A DNA stretch of 63,221 bases, the filler included, from an uncultured bacterium (lineage in GTDB: Bacteria > JAGOEH01), in the NCBI GenBank assembly GCA_964632485.1. It is 4 parts of 4 records of this genome, joined end to end, with 100 filler letters (N's around TTAATTAATTAA, not from the genome) between each part and the next. Parts side by side here need not be neighbours in the genome. Positions count along the whole stretch, not along the records: positions 34,148 to 50,091 come from CAZWDO010000042.1; 3 more parts are not named here. One strand, written 5' to 3'. Shown piece after piece: positions 38,296-48,700 of this stretch (within the stretch, counting starts at the first letter, position 1; the number at the start of each line of letters is the position of its first letter). The notes beneath the pieces were generated by a model. It was given only the letters and a program-made list of their open reading frames with translations, did no database searches and was not told the DNA's origin. Made by a program: the position numbers and the translations under genes.

Positions 38296-38682
38296 TTATA
38301 GAAATTCCGCGGCTTTTAATCCGGCTTGTATGATAAGTGAATCCGGGATAGTTTCATAGGTATGATCATCCAATTCCAGAGTCCGACAATCGGCATCGCC
38401 ACAAATATCGCAACATTGGCTTTGACCGCTTTGCGCTTCGAGGTATTCCTCAAGCGGGCGGTCATTGATCCATATCCGATTGGATTGTAAAGGATTTTTT
38501 TCAAAATCTATCAAAGATAATTCAGTTTTTTCCAGTATAATCTCTATAGCATCTTTACAAAGTCTTTCTTGCAATACTTTGACAGCCTGTTCGATTTCTT
38601 GACCCGTACCGGCGCATCGTGGGCAGGTTTCTCCGGCATCTATTAAACGTTGCCATTTTATCGTTAACCGCTTCGATTTCAA
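38296..38682 (-). CDS. DUF2703 domain protein (ars-associated)
   Basis: WQRL..GETCPRCAGTG, SNRIWINDRPLEE, CCDICGDADCRT; AAGGAG RBS, TTG start. Confidence 0.85.
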   Translation of the reverse strand: MKSKRLTIKWQRLIDAGETCPRCAGTGQEIEQAVKVLQERLCKDAIEIILEKTELSLIDFEKNPLQSNRIWINDRPLEEYLEAQSGQSQCCDICGDADCRTLELDDHTYETIPDSLIIQAGLKAAEFL

Positions 38683-38719
38683 AATAAACTCCTTAATTAC
38701 GTTTAATTGTGATTATTCT

Positions 38720-39100
38720 GAGCTCTTCCATTCGAAGACCTCGCGCCTGAAATTTTTCAGCAGCGCTTCAAACTCTTCTTTACTCGTCATTTATCAGCCT
38801 TACAGCGACAATTCACCCGGATCATTCACCGCATACCCGTTAAATAATTTCCATATCTTCCCGTTTTCGGAGTCATTGTCATAATAACACCTCGCGGAGC
38901 GTCTTTCTTTTCCCGCGATGTTCCTTTCCTCACCATACTGAAACTCCTGAATCAGAGCGCTATTACAGAAATGATCCACGCCCGGATTTTTCGTCATCCA
39001 AATTTGATTTCCTATCTTCACAATTGGATACCCGATTTTTGCAGGCGCTATTCGCGGGCCAGATAGAGGAGCGCAGACTATAAGAAATACGTTTGGACAT
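38720..39100 (-). pseudogene. Decayed FISUMP (Fibrobacter major paralogous) domain gene
   Basis: VKIGNQIWMTKN.GVDHF, CYYDNDSENGK, YAVNDP, then stops followed by KEEFEALL; paralogous to 51472-52077. Confidence 0.75.
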
Positions 39101-39420
39101 GGCGCGGCTCCCGCTGTAGGGTGGTTGCCACCGAATTCAATATAACCTCCCTCGAAGAAGATGTCAAGAAAAAAATCCCCCCACCCATCGGACTGGGAGA
39201 TTTGGATTTAATTTGATAACGATTGAAGGATAATCCCGAATGAAATGAAGAAATGTATTCAATTATTCCCCAGGGATTGGAACCGACTGCCGCTGATAGG
39301 CAATCAACGACTGGATGTTGCTATTTTCTCTGAATCCTTTTTATCAAAAAATATTTTTAAAAATTCTTAAAAAAACATCAATTTACAAAAAAAACCAGGA
39401 ACTTTTAAGAAATAATTCCG

Positions 39421-39443
39421 TATAATATGTTTGTAATACAAAC
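39421..39443 (+). promoter_or_regulatory. -10 box and palindromic operator of the membrane protein/wHTH/CocE operon
   Basis: TATAAT (39421-39426) followed by perfect GTTTGTA-A-TACAAAC (39429-39443). Confidence 0.55.
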
Positions 39444-39480
39444 TGGTTTGATTTAACAACAAGTTTCCAAAGGAGGAAGC

Positions 39481-40101
39481 ATGTCAACCCCCGTCGATCT
39501 GAAATCCATCGAAAAGGAAGTGTTCCGCCGTCTCTTTGAAGATGGTTTAACCGAACTGTTTCTTGGAATCTTTTTATTCTTTGCATCCATTCTCTATCTC
39601 TCCGGGCATCATATACCCACGATTCTCTTCGGGACGTTATGGGTATTCATAACTCCCACTGCTCTTGAAAAAACCAAAAAAAAACTTGTGTATCCGCGTA
39701 TCGGCTATGCGCATCCTCATCAAAACAAAAAAGAAGGCATCGGCATCATTATCTCCACGATCGTCGTGTTAGGCGTCTATATCGCGTCGGTAATCCTACT
39801 GGGGGGCGTCAATAACCGCCAACTCTTCTACCATTGGATCACCATACCAGTGGGAATTCTGGTTTCAATGGGGTTCTTTAGTCTATATAGCAAAAGCGGA
39901 TTTAAACGCTATCTGTTTTATATTTTCTATTCTCTGGCGACCGGCATTGGGATCGCCTTGAACCCTCCAGCCGCTAAAATGGCAGGTATCGGGTTATTCT
40001 GTCTGATCCTGGGCATTGGTTTTGCCATCATTGGCTCCGTTATGCTGGGGCGCTTTATCAAAATCCATCCCATCCAGTCGGATTTTAACCCGGAGGCGTA
40101 A
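39481..40101 (+). CDS. Hypothetical membrane protein
   Basis: FEDGLTEL and VYPRIGY motifs, about six TM helices, AAGGAGG RBS. Confidence 0.8.
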   Translation: MSTPVDLKSIEKEVFRRLFEDGLTELFLGIFLFFASILYLSGHHIPTILFGTLWVFITPTALEKTKKKLVYPRIGYAHPHQNKKEGIGIIISTIVVLGVYIASVILLGGVNNRQLFYHWITIPVGILVSMGFFSLYSKSGFKRYLFYIFYSLATGIGIALNPPAAKMAGIGLFCLILGIGFAIIGSVMLGRFIKIHPIQSDFNPEA

Positions 40102-40105
40102 GAAA

Positions 40106-40435
40106 ATGAATTCCGAACAACTACAAACCCTATCAGCAATCGACCGGGTCGTTCATGAACCGGCGCGGTTGATGATTTTAACCATTCTTTACCATCTGGA
40201 GAGCGCCGACTTTATTTTTATATTAAATCAAACCAGCTTAACCCGGGGCAATCTTTCCACTCATCTATCCAAATTAGAGTCGGAAGGCTATATCATCATT
40301 CAAAAGGAGTTTATCGATAAAATGCCCAGGACCTTACTGCGGATTACCCCATCGGGTAAAAACGCGTTGCTGACCTATCGTGACAATATGTCCCAAGCGT
40401 TAAAAAATCTGCCAAATAAATCGTTAAAAGATTAA
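40106..40435 (+). CDS. Winged-helix transcriptional regulator (HTH_34/ArsR-like)
   Basis: IDRVVHEPARLMIL, ADF, LTRGNLSTHLSKLE, PRT..ITPSG. Confidence 0.9.
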   Translation: MNSEQLQTLSAIDRVVHEPARLMILTILYHLESADFIFILNQTSLTRGNLSTHLSKLESEGYIIIQKEFIDKMPRTLLRITPSGKNALLTYRDNMSQALKNLPNKSLKD

Positions 40436-40447
40436 AGTGAGGTAGGT

Positions 40448-42817
40448 ATGTTACACAATCAGTTATCTTTTAGGTCGATGCTGCTGTTAATCCTTTTTTT
40501 GACCTATCGATTCCTGCCGGCCGACCCCTTAGCGTTCATAGTTCCAACCCATCTGACAATAAATGAGTTAAACTACGATTATTATGAAAAAGACACGCTA
40601 ATCGCGACCGCACGCATTGAAATCAATCCGGCAGGAAGGATTGAGAATAATTTTAGCATAGTGGCCTCCGGAAATAAAGCGTTTGGAAAACTGATAATTG
40701 AAACCGACTCAAATTCTAAATGGGAAAAAATCGGATATAGTGGACCCTTGCAATATGAAATCACCCGGGACAGCTTTAAGGCCTTAATTAGTGTGATGGG
40801 GCAAAATCTTGCATTGTCATTGATTCCGGAAATAGCGCTTTTTGAGGATATGACGCCGATTCTGATTCAGCCGATGATAGACGAGTTTGATCGCGCCGGA
40901 TTAAAGGAAAAAAAAGGGAAACTTCTGTTTCTCCCGGCCAACATTCTGGATTATGACATCCGGCGGGGGGGCCCGGTACTAATTACCCATGAGAATACTC
41001 AATTCCGGTTTTATACCTATACGCTTTCTATTCCCGGAGTGTATGACATGAAAATTCTGGTAGATGAAAACAAAATACCCTGCCTGATTACCTACCCGTC
41101 TAAAAATGGTTTTTTTGTTCGCCAAGGTTTCGATTTTTTGCTACAAGAGAAGCGAAATCGGGAAAAAAAATCCAATCATGGGCAGAATAGCCATATCATC
41201 ATTGATAAAAACATGAAGATACTCATGAAGGATGGCATCCCCTTAGCGACAGATATCTATCGACCTTGCGGCAATGAACAGCATCCGGTCATCCTGATCC
41301 GCACCGCTTATCGCAAAGAAAGCCAGTCAAGCGTAGCCGAGTATTATGCTCAGCAAGGCTTTGCGGTTGCCATACAGGATGCGCGGGGTCGCTTTTCTTC
41401 TCCCGGGGAATGGATGCCTTTCGTCCATGAAGGTGAAGACGGGTATCAAACAATCGAATGGCTTGCAAGGCAGCCCTGGTCCAATGGTCGGGTTGGAATG
41501 ATGGGCGGCTCTTACGATGGCTGGCTGCAATGGAAAGCCGCTTCTTTGAAACCTCCCCATCTGGTGACAATCATCCCCTCGGTCTCTCCCCCCGATCTAT
41601 ATGAACTCATGCCTTATGAGAATGGCGCTTTACTAATGGCGCCGACTCTATGGTGGCTCTATGTTCTGGAGCGGAATCTGCCGCCGGATCTATCTGACCC
41701 GGAAGTGATTCGGTCGCTTGAAATCCTTGAATCCGCGCAACTGAACAACTTACCGGTTGCCAGCCTTGATTCTTTAATACTGGGGAAAGAAAGTAGAATA
41801 TGGCGTGAGTGGCTGAATCATCCCGATTATGATTCCTACTGGCAAAATAAAAAATTCGCGAATGGCCTTTGCGGTGTGAATATCCCGGTCTATCACCAAT
41901 CGGGATGGTTCGATGGAGATGGAATTGGCACCCGGCTGAACTACCAGCGAATGGTACAATGCCAGAAAGAAAACCAGAAACTGATCATCGGTCCCTGGAG
42001 CCATTCGGGAATGGGAAGTCCCAGGGACGCTAAAGGCATGGATTGGGGCCAGCATGCCTGGAAGGATTTTCTGGCTGAAAACTTACGATGGATGAATCGA
42101 TACCTGAAAGGGATTGAAAACGGAATCGATCGGGAGCCATGGGTCTCCTTATTCGTTCTGGGAAAAAATGAATGGATAACAAGCAATCGGTATCCGCTGG
42201 AAGAGACACACTATATCAACTTTTATCTGCAAGCGGATACCAGTCAACACATCGAAACCAACATCGGACTGTTAAGTTCTGAACTCCCAACGCCCCCCTC
42301 ATCCGGCTATGGGGAATACATCTACGATCCCGATGATCCCACCGGCTTCAATCCGGTAGGCAGAAAAGATTTGCTGCTTTATTACTCGCCCAAGGCGGAA
42401 CATGCCTGGACGGTCGTCGGTCCAATCACCGCCATACTATATGCCTCAAGCTCAGCGCTGGACACTGATTGGATCATGCGACTGGCGAAAATCGATCCCG
42501 ACGGTAAACCACGAGTTCTGACGGAAGGAATCATCCGGGCCCGCTACCGTAAATCCTTCACAGAACCTCAAAATCTCACACCAAACCAAATCTACCAATA
42601 CCGGATCGAAATGAACCATATCGGCGTTGAAATCCAGAGAGGCGAACAACTTTGCCTGGCTGTACAATCTGCTCTTTTTCCCAAGTTTTCGAGAAATTTG
42701 AATAGCGGCGGCGACAATGAACATGACACAAATTGGGTGAGGGCTACCCAGCGAGTTTATTACGGCAAAAACCAAGCGTCGCATATCGTACTTCCGGTAT
42801 TAGAGCATGACAAATGA
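40448..42817 (+). CDS. CocE/NonD family hydrolase (peptidase S15) with N-terminal extension
   Basis: Signal peptide; DGIPLATDIYRP, QDARGRFSS, GGSYDG nucleophile, GWFD, IGPWSH, PepX_C region. Confidence 0.93.
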   Translation: MLHNQLSFRSMLLLILFLTYRFLPADPLAFIVPTHLTINELNYDYYEKDTLIATARIEINPAGRIENNFSIVASGNKAFGKLIIETDSNSKWEKIGYSGPLQYEITRDSFKALISVMGQNLALSLIPEIALFEDMTPILIQPMIDEFDRAGLKEKKGKLLFLPANILDYDIRRGGPVLITHENTQFRFYTYTLSIPGVYDMKILVDENKIPCLITYPSKNGFFVRQGFDFLLQEKRNREKKSNHGQNSHIIIDKNMKILMKDGIPLATDIYRPCGNEQHPVILIRTAYRKESQSSVAEYYAQQGFAVAIQDARGRFSSPGEWMPFVHEGEDGYQTIEWLARQPWSNGRVGMMGGSYDGWLQWKAASLKPPHLVTIIPSVSPPDLYELMPYENGALLMAPTLWWLYVLERNLPPDLSDPEVIRSLEILESAQLNNLPVASLDSLILGKESRIWREWLNHPDYDSYWQNKKFANGLCGVNIPVYHQSGWFDGDGIGTRLNYQRMVQCQKENQKLIIGPWSHSGMGSPRDAKGMDWGQHAWKDFLAENLRWMNRYLKGIENGIDREPWVSLFVLGKNEWITSNRYPLEETHYINFYLQADTSQHIETNIGLLSSELPTPPSSGYGEYIYDPDDPTGFNPVGRKDLLLYYSPKAEHAWTVVGPITAILYASSSALDTDWIMRLAKIDPDGKPRVLTEGIIRARYRKSFTEPQNLTPNQIYQYRIEMNHIGVEIQRGEQLCLAVQSALFPKFSRNLNSGGDNEHDTNWVRATQRVYYGKNQASHIVLPVLEHDK

Positions 42818-42967
42818 AGCGGCAAACCGCGCTGTTAATAGCGCGATGCTCAAGAGAATGAGTATTAAAAAAATAGATTTCGGCAAGCGCTGCGCGGATT
42901 ACGGGGCGCTTGCCCGTCAAACCATGATAAAGCGTCAACGCGCTCGTTTATTCATCGTTTATATCAA

Positions 42968-43513
42968 TCACCTTGAATTTAATTTTTCCCAATCCTTTTC
43001 AATCAGCGCGTATATCAGGTCATCGACCCACTTTCCATTTATAAACAAACTTTCAACAAAATGAGCTTCTTTCCTGAATCCAATTCTTTCAACCAGCCGG
43101 ATTGAGTTTTCATTATCAGGGTCTATTGATGCAATAACCCTATGCTTATCCAACTCGTTAAATAAATAGTCGATGACTCTTTTAACCGATTCTATTGCGT
43201 ATCCTTTTTTTTGAAAATCCTTATTCAATGTATATCCAATTGCAACTTGTTTATTTTCGCTGTCAAAAAAATGCACGCCTAAATCACCTATTATTTTTTG
43301 AGTCTTGTTTTCTATGATAACAAATTGAAACCAGGTTTCAGGTTCATTAATATTTTTCGAAATCTTTCCAATGAAGGTTTCCACATCATCCATTGATTTT
43401 GGAATCCAGCCCTGGTACTTATTAGTCTCTGCATCGGAACGATATTTAAATATTTCGCTTTTATCGTCAAGATTAATCGGTCTGAGTATGAGTCGTTTTG
43501 TTTCTAATTTCAT
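42968..43513 (-). CDS. GNAT acetyltransferase, RimJ/RimL type
   Basis: LETKRLILRP, IGYTLNKDFQKKGYA, NENSIRLVERIGFRKE. Confidence 0.92.
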   Translation of the reverse strand: MKLETKRLILRPINLDDKSEIFKYRSDAETNKYQGWIPKSMDDVETFIGKISKNINEPETWFQFVIIENKTQKIIGDLGVHFFDSENKQVAIGYTLNKDFQKKGYAIESVKRVIDYLFNELDKHRVIASIDPDNENSIRLVERIGFRKEAHFVESLFINGKWVDDLIYALIEKDWEKLNSR

Positions 43514-43896
43514 TTGTTTAGTATCTAAGTGTCGCGCTGCCCTGAATGGCGCGCGCCGTGAGGTCCTCTCTGGCAAAGCATGCAAGTAAATTTATTACTG
43601 AGAACATAATCGTTTAAATAGCCAATTATCCAGCCTTTTGAAGTCCCCTCAAAGGGCTATTTATTCTATATGATAATACACTTTCACTCTTCAACTGATA
43701 TAAAATTTGTTTTTACATTCAGCAAAACTTATTTCATATCAGTCCTTGCGTTAGAGTTTAGTATAAGATTTATTTTGTCCTCTGATTGAAGTATACCATA
43801 TTTTTAATAATTGTCAAGTAAAAAATTTAAATGGAGTCTGTCCCTAAAGTAGAAATTTTAAATTTTCAGGGCGTGGCCAGAGTGAAAGGCAATCGA

Positions 43897-44132
43897 ATGC
43901 TGAAGGCGTTTATCAAACGCACTGACATCGAGCATTTTGCCTGGCTGGTGGATCATAAAGCCATTGCCGAAAAAACTACAACATTGCGGTCTCCAGTTAT
44001 CTAGCGCAAAAAGACACCCGCCAGGTGATTGATATTGCAAAACTCAACGCCAAAATCGCGGGCATTGTGGCCCGGCAGAACGAGCTGTACACGGCGATTG
44101 ATGAAATCGTGGCGGATTTGGAGAGAAAATAA
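43897..44132 (+). pseudogene. Type I R-M HsdM C-terminal remnant
   Basis: ...DIEHFAWLVDHKAIAE, frameshift in an A run, NYNIAVSSYLAQKDTRQVIDIAKLNAKIAGIVARQNELYTAIDEIVADLE; not in the ORF track. Confidence 0.78.
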
Positions 44133-44152
44133 TAAGAGAAATAGCAATATAA

Positions 44153-44228
44153 AACCAGATAATCATCTATCAAACAGATTATGGAAAGCCGGGTATTGAT
44201 GTCAGTGAACATATAAAACATAAACTGA
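44153..44228 (+). pseudogene. RhuM-like N-terminal remnant
   Basis: NQIIIYQTDYGKPGIDV joined directly to SEHIK. Confidence 0.5.
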
Positions 44229-44430
44229 AAATCGTAGGCCCGGATTATGAAGAGATCGAGAGCTTTCAGATCAATTCCACAATCCCGGCTCCCATTCCTA
44301 CCTCTTGATAGTTTGCAACCGATTCTTTTGTGCCTGGAGCAAATTATCGGCCGGCGAAGCAGGAGGCCCCAATATCCCGCAAGTCTTCATCGAAAAGTTT
44401 ATGCTCCCAAATAAATAGTACTGCTTAGGA

Positions 44431-45258
44431 TTAAAGGACACTCTCCATCGATTCCGGAATTCGCCGAAAAGAGATAGAGTCTGCTCCTTTTTTTTTCGAA
44501 TTGTACATCTCTTCATCCGCGATATGAATCAATTCTGATATTGGTTGACTTTTCTTGACTTCAACTATCCCTGTACTCAAAGTCACATCATATCCGTCTA
44601 TCCTGGCGTAGAAAGAAGTTTTAATCCTTCCAACAACTGAAAAAGCATTGTCGATGGCGGAATATGGCAGTATCAGGACAAATTCATCGCCCCCAATTCT
44701 AGAAAATGAATCTTCAGCACGTATATTAACTGTTACAACCTCGGAAAATATAACCAAGACTCTATCACCAGCCGCATGTCCGTAAACATCGTTGACGCTT
44801 TTAAATTTATCCATATCGAAATATACAATACATAAACTGATGTTATGTCTTTCCAACCTGATCAGTTCGATTTCCAATATTTCGTATAGGGCTTTTTCAT
44901 TCAATGCACCAGTTTTTTTATCAATCCTTGCGGACTTTCTTTCCACATCAAGAAGTTTCTTATTATTGCTCAATAAAATTGAAATTAAAGAAAACAGAGC
45001 AAATCTGACAAAAAAATCATAAATGGAATACCCATAAGAAATATTAGGAAAATTGAACTGCCAATCTACCACTATCCATACTATTGAGATAAAAAACGAA
45101 ATAAAGATACCGAAAAATCTGCCCAGATTCCATGTCGCGTAGTAGATTGGAAACAGATATAAAAGATACAAGCTTAATTCTTTGCCGGCAATATAATCCA
45201 TTATACCAATCAGAATCACAATAATGATCGCCCAAAAACCATAAATAATTTTATTCAT
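44431..45258 (-). CDS. Membrane-anchored diguanylate cyclase
   Basis: Four TM helices; DMDKFKSVNDVYGHAAGD; RAED I-site; RIGGDEF. Confidence 0.95.
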   Translation of the reverse strand: MNKIIYGFWAIIIVILIGIMDYIAGKELSLYLLYLFPIYYATWNLGRFFGIFISFFISIVWIVVDWQFNFPNISYGYSIYDFFVRFALFSLISILLSNNKKLLDVERKSARIDKKTGALNEKALYEILEIELIRLERHNISLCIVYFDMDKFKSVNDVYGHAAGDRVLVIFSEVVTVNIRAEDSFSRIGGDEFVLILPYSAIDNAFSVVGRIKTSFYARIDGYDVTLSTGIVEVKKSQPISELIHIADEEMYNSKKKGADSISFRRIPESMESVL

Positions 45259-45335
45259 GAATCATCCGACAGTAATTGACGTTACCAAAAGAACAGACTT
45301 TCTTTTCATCAATTCTATTAGACAGTTAAAATTGT

Positions 45336-45731
45336 TCATTCACGTTGCTGAATTTGTGATTCGTTTTTTTCATCCAATATCTGAAGGCAGCATTGAATCT
45401 TTTTAATTGATACAGGTTTGGTAAAATACCCCAATGGATGAAGAGACTGAGCTCGGTCCATATGTATCTTGTCGGGATAGCCCGTCATAAAGATGATTGG
45501 AACCTTCATTTCGGACAAAATCGATTCCGCGGCGCTAATACCGTCTATCTTTCCAGCCAGGTTAATATCCATTAAAATGACATCCGGAGAATAGCTTCTG
45601 GCGGCTGTGATCGAGGCTTCCCCACTGGCCACTACTTTTAACACATGATATCCGGCCTGCTTTAACTGATTTTCGAGGCACATGGAGATGATCATTTCAT
45701 CTTCCACCACCAGAAAATTCAATATTGACAT
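45336..45731 (-). CDS. Single-domain response regulator
   Basis: VVEDE, LMDINL, FMTGY, FTKP. Confidence 0.93.
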   Translation of the reverse strand: MSILNFLVVEDEMIISMCLENQLKQAGYHVLKVVASGEASITAARSYSPDVILMDINLAGKIDGISAAESILSEMKVPIIFMTGYPDKIHMDRAQSLHPLGYFTKPVSIKKIQCCLQILDEKNESQIQQRE

Positions 45732-45734
45732 ATT

Positions 45735-46802
45735 TTAAATCCGACTTTCATAAATATTGTTGCAAAACCGTATGATGCAAGTCAGCCCATCCTGAGATTC
45801 GAACTGAATCGACCCTTGTAATTGATTTTGGACAATTGACGTGATGGTTTTCAAGCCCAAGGTTTGTTGATTATAGCAATCAAATCCCGCAGGTAATCCG
45901 ATCCCATTATCTTTATATTGTAAACTGATACGATTTTCATTTTCAGCTATCAGCAGCAAATCGATACTTCCAGATCGACGCCCCGGAAACGCATGCTGAA
46001 TTGAATTGCTTACCAGTTCGTGTATCAGTATGCCGCATGGTATGGCGATGTCAAACAGCACTGTTGATTCATCTCCGCGCACTTGCATTACAATACCATC
46101 AGCGATATCGGCAAAGTTATCCCTAAAGTAAACAAATAAATTCTCCAGATATTGTCTCAGCGGAATTCGCGAGAGATTTTGAGACTGATACAATTGTTGA
46201 TGGACCAGATCGATGGTCATAATCCGCCGTTCCATGTCATTTACGAACTCTGAAAGTGGAACGGAGGGGTTGGACATAGATTTTAATATCATCATCGACA
46301 GAATCATTTGCATGTGATTCTTGGTGCGGTGAAAAAGCTCGCTCAGAAGAATCTCCTTTTCATCCAAAGCAGCTTTAAGGTGCAGTTCGCTTTCTTTCCG
46401 TCTGGTAATTTCCCGGGATAATTCTTCAGTGCGCATTTTAACCGTATTGTTGAGCTCTATATGGTAGGCGGATAGATATTCCACAATTTTCCGTTGGCGC
46501 AGAACTCCGTAGAAAGTTCCCTGGTGAAAAACGGGCAGAACCCTCCTATCAGGGCTTGCCATTAGAGGCATGACGGTTTCCAGCTCATCGTCGGCATCGA
46601 TTATCGGTTTTTCATGAAGACAATCGCCAACGATCTGGTAGGGTGATTTGACGATATCGGTTGGAGTCAGTACTCCAAAATAGCTCATGCCGTCCATAAC
46701 CACCAGGTATGCATCCCGTAAAAGCTGCGCCTCAACCGATGAAAGGCTTAAATAGGGAGATACCGATTGGAATATGGTTTCAGTCAGGTGTTTAACTTTC
46801 AT
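45735..46802 (-). CDS. HisKA_2-type histidine kinase with N-terminal CBS-like domains
   Basis: ELFHRTKNHMQ H-box, HELVSNSIQHAF, DNGIGLP, TLGL; N-terminal YFGVLT..DI and VLPV...YGVL CBS-like motifs; no TM helix. Confidence 0.88.
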   Translation of the reverse strand: MKVKHLTETIFQSVSPYLSLSSVEAQLLRDAYLVVMDGMSYFGVLTPTDIVKSPYQIVGDCLHEKPIIDADDELETVMPLMASPDRRVLPVFHQGTFYGVLRQRKIVEYLSAYHIELNNTVKMRTEELSREITRRKESELHLKAALDEKEILLSELFHRTKNHMQMILSMMILKSMSNPSVPLSEFVNDMERRIMTIDLVHQQLYQSQNLSRIPLRQYLENLFVYFRDNFADIADGIVMQVRGDESTVLFDIAIPCGILIHELVSNSIQHAFPGRRSGSIDLLLIAENENRISLQYKDNGIGLPAGFDCYNQQTLGLKTITSIVQNQLQGSIQFESQDGLTCIIRFCNNIYESRI

Positions 46803-47157
46803 GATTTGTATCTTGGATGTTAATATCTATCGACTCATAAGCGATTTTAACTTTGAAATCGACTTTGACAATTTCGCCGATTGTGATGTAAGGGAACACT
46901 TTTTGTTCCAGGATATGCAACAAGGTAGATTGTGGAATCCGCTTCAGAATACGTTTATTGACGAGAATCATTTCCACCAGTTCGTTTTCCGGGAATTCCA
47001 GAATCTCAAAAACATCAGGCTGCAATAGATTAATGCTTCCACTAAGGCCAATCTTGCCGAATTGAGACTTGCGGGTCAGAATTAAAACATCCTCAAAGGG
47101 GGGAAGAGACACGTTCTGAAACGAAACCGAAACCGAGTAATTCACTTTTGCCTTCAT
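46792..47157 (-). CDS. Hypothetical protein
   Basis: 121 aa, AAAGGAG RBS, overlaps the kinase start. Confidence 0.75.
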   Translation of the reverse strand: MKAKVNYSVSVSFQNVSLPPFEDVLILTRKSQFGKIGLSGSINLLQPDVFEILEFPENELVEMILVNKRILKRIPQSTLLHILEQKVFPYITIGEIVKVDFKVKIAYESIDINIQDTNHES

Positions 47158-47444
47158 GGCGCTAAACTCCTTTCTATAAAGGTTGTATAGAATTCACTAC
47201 TTTAATCTACATCAATATCCAGGATTTGTCAATATCAGAAAACTTGACTAAAAAATTTCTTTCGCCTACTATCAATTTTATCGACTTTTGATTGATCATT
47301 TTCTTGACAATACGTTGACGATGTAGGGATTCGCTTTACGGGACTTCTAATTCCTCAAGGATTACATTCCAGATGTTTGGGATTTGATCAAACACGGATT
47401 CGTCCAATCGAGATAAGCCGGATACCAGGCAGGGTATGGCGGCG

Positions 47445-48689
47445 CTACAACCCGCCACTGGGGAATAAAAGTGCATCGAGACGCGACACCCATTCTTCGC
47501 TGTCCCTGATCTGTTTTTTGATAATCAAGTCTTTCATTCCAAAGGTTTTAATCAGCTTAATCACACCCGTTTCATCCGCTGGCGGTTGATCCAGCAACAA
47601 AACCGAAGGAATTCTCTTCTCGCGAATCGTGTTGATCAAACTGAGCCAATGACGAAATATATCATGATTGGCGGCGGTCAGTAATTCCATAACGATCAAA
47701 TGAGGAACCTTGCGCAGACAGTTGATCTTCGCGACGGCAGGATTGCTGAAATACTGCGTCATATACACATCCCGAATCAGACTGTAAACATCGGCTATCG
47801 TTTCCACCACGTAAATGCACATTTCTTTGCGGTTCAGCCTTGTTTGGTCTGCGGCGGATCGGCTGGAAACCGCCGCCAGCGTAGGGGAAGAAGTCGAGGT
47901 CGGTTCGTGAATGCCACCGCGCCGAAAACCGCAACCGCTCTTCCCGAGCGCGGCGCTGGTTGCGACCTTGTTCTTAGAATGAAGCCATGACAATATGTAA
48001 TCATTGATATGCTTACCGGCATTGCCGATTGCCGAGGCGAACTCCAGTCCGCATTTAATCTGATGGATATTGCGGACGAAAGCGTTATCGATTTGCACAT
48101 CCTCACTCTTGCAACCCAATCGAAACAGCAAACGGAAAAGTTTATCGCCAACCGTAAGGTTATGATCAAAGAAAATCGAATTAGGGACAAAACCCAACCC
48201 ACGCATACTGATATCGAGAAGATCGCCAATATAATATTGCTGCGATTTTCTATCAAAGGCCACATAAAGCTGATTGCTGCCGCCGTCATCAACTTCGATA
48301 TCGGCTCTCAATTCGCGTTTCTTGTAACTGATGGAATCAGGTAGAGTAACCAGATAGATATTTTTAGCGCTTAATCGCAGATATCCCTTAAACCTAAAAA
48401 GGTATTCCGTGTTGGAAAAATAGAACTCATAGGCTGTGGAAGACAAACCTGCGTTGAATTTATAAATCAGTAATTCATGGGATTGAACATCCTGCATCAG
48501 GCCAAATTCCAGGTTATTTTGGCCCAGGATTTCAACTTTTGTATGAAGCTGGGCGCATTGTTTTAAAATAAAGCGGATTTTGGCCGTTGATTTTACCACT
48601 CCGCTATCTCCGAGCAACAATCCCGATTGATGGCAGAACAAACGGATAAATTTGCCTAACAAACCTGGATTGGATTCAAAGAATTCCAT
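47445..48689 (-). CDS. PilZ-domain protein with degenerate receiver-like C-terminus
   Basis: KRELR (RxxxR variant) and DISMRG (DxSxxG); C-terminal IYVVE..PHLIVMEL..IPSVLL. Confidence 0.65.
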   Translation of the reverse strand: MEFFESNPGLLGKFIRLFCHQSGLLLGDSGVVKSTAKIRFILKQCAQLHTKVEILGQNNLEFGLMQDVQSHELLIYKFNAGLSSTAYEFYFSNTEYLFRFKGYLRLSAKNIYLVTLPDSISYKKRELRADIEVDDGGSNQLYVAFDRKSQQYYIGDLLDISMRGLGFVPNSIFFDHNLTVGDKLFRLLFRLGCKSEDVQIDNAFVRNIHQIKCGLEFASAIGNAGKHINDYILSWLHSKNKVATSAALGKSGCGFRRGGIHEPTSTSSPTLAAVSSRSAADQTRLNRKEMCIYVVETIADVYSLIRDVYMTQYFSNPAVAKINCLRKVPHLIVMELLTAANHDIFRHWLSLINTIREKRIPSVLLLDQPPADETGVIKLIKTFGMKDLIIKKQIRDSEEWVSRLDALLFPSGGL

Positions 48690-48700
48690 GAATGTCTTCT

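Noticed and set aside
39162..39192. Third IS21-like end (TGTCAAG..CCCCACCCA)
   Set aside because: Spacing differs from the other two, and TGTCAA is better explained as the -35 of the decayed FISUMP gene.
43590..43630. dif-like or cassette recombination site upstream of the AT-rich GNAT
   Set aside because: No convincing XerD arm or attC hairpin.
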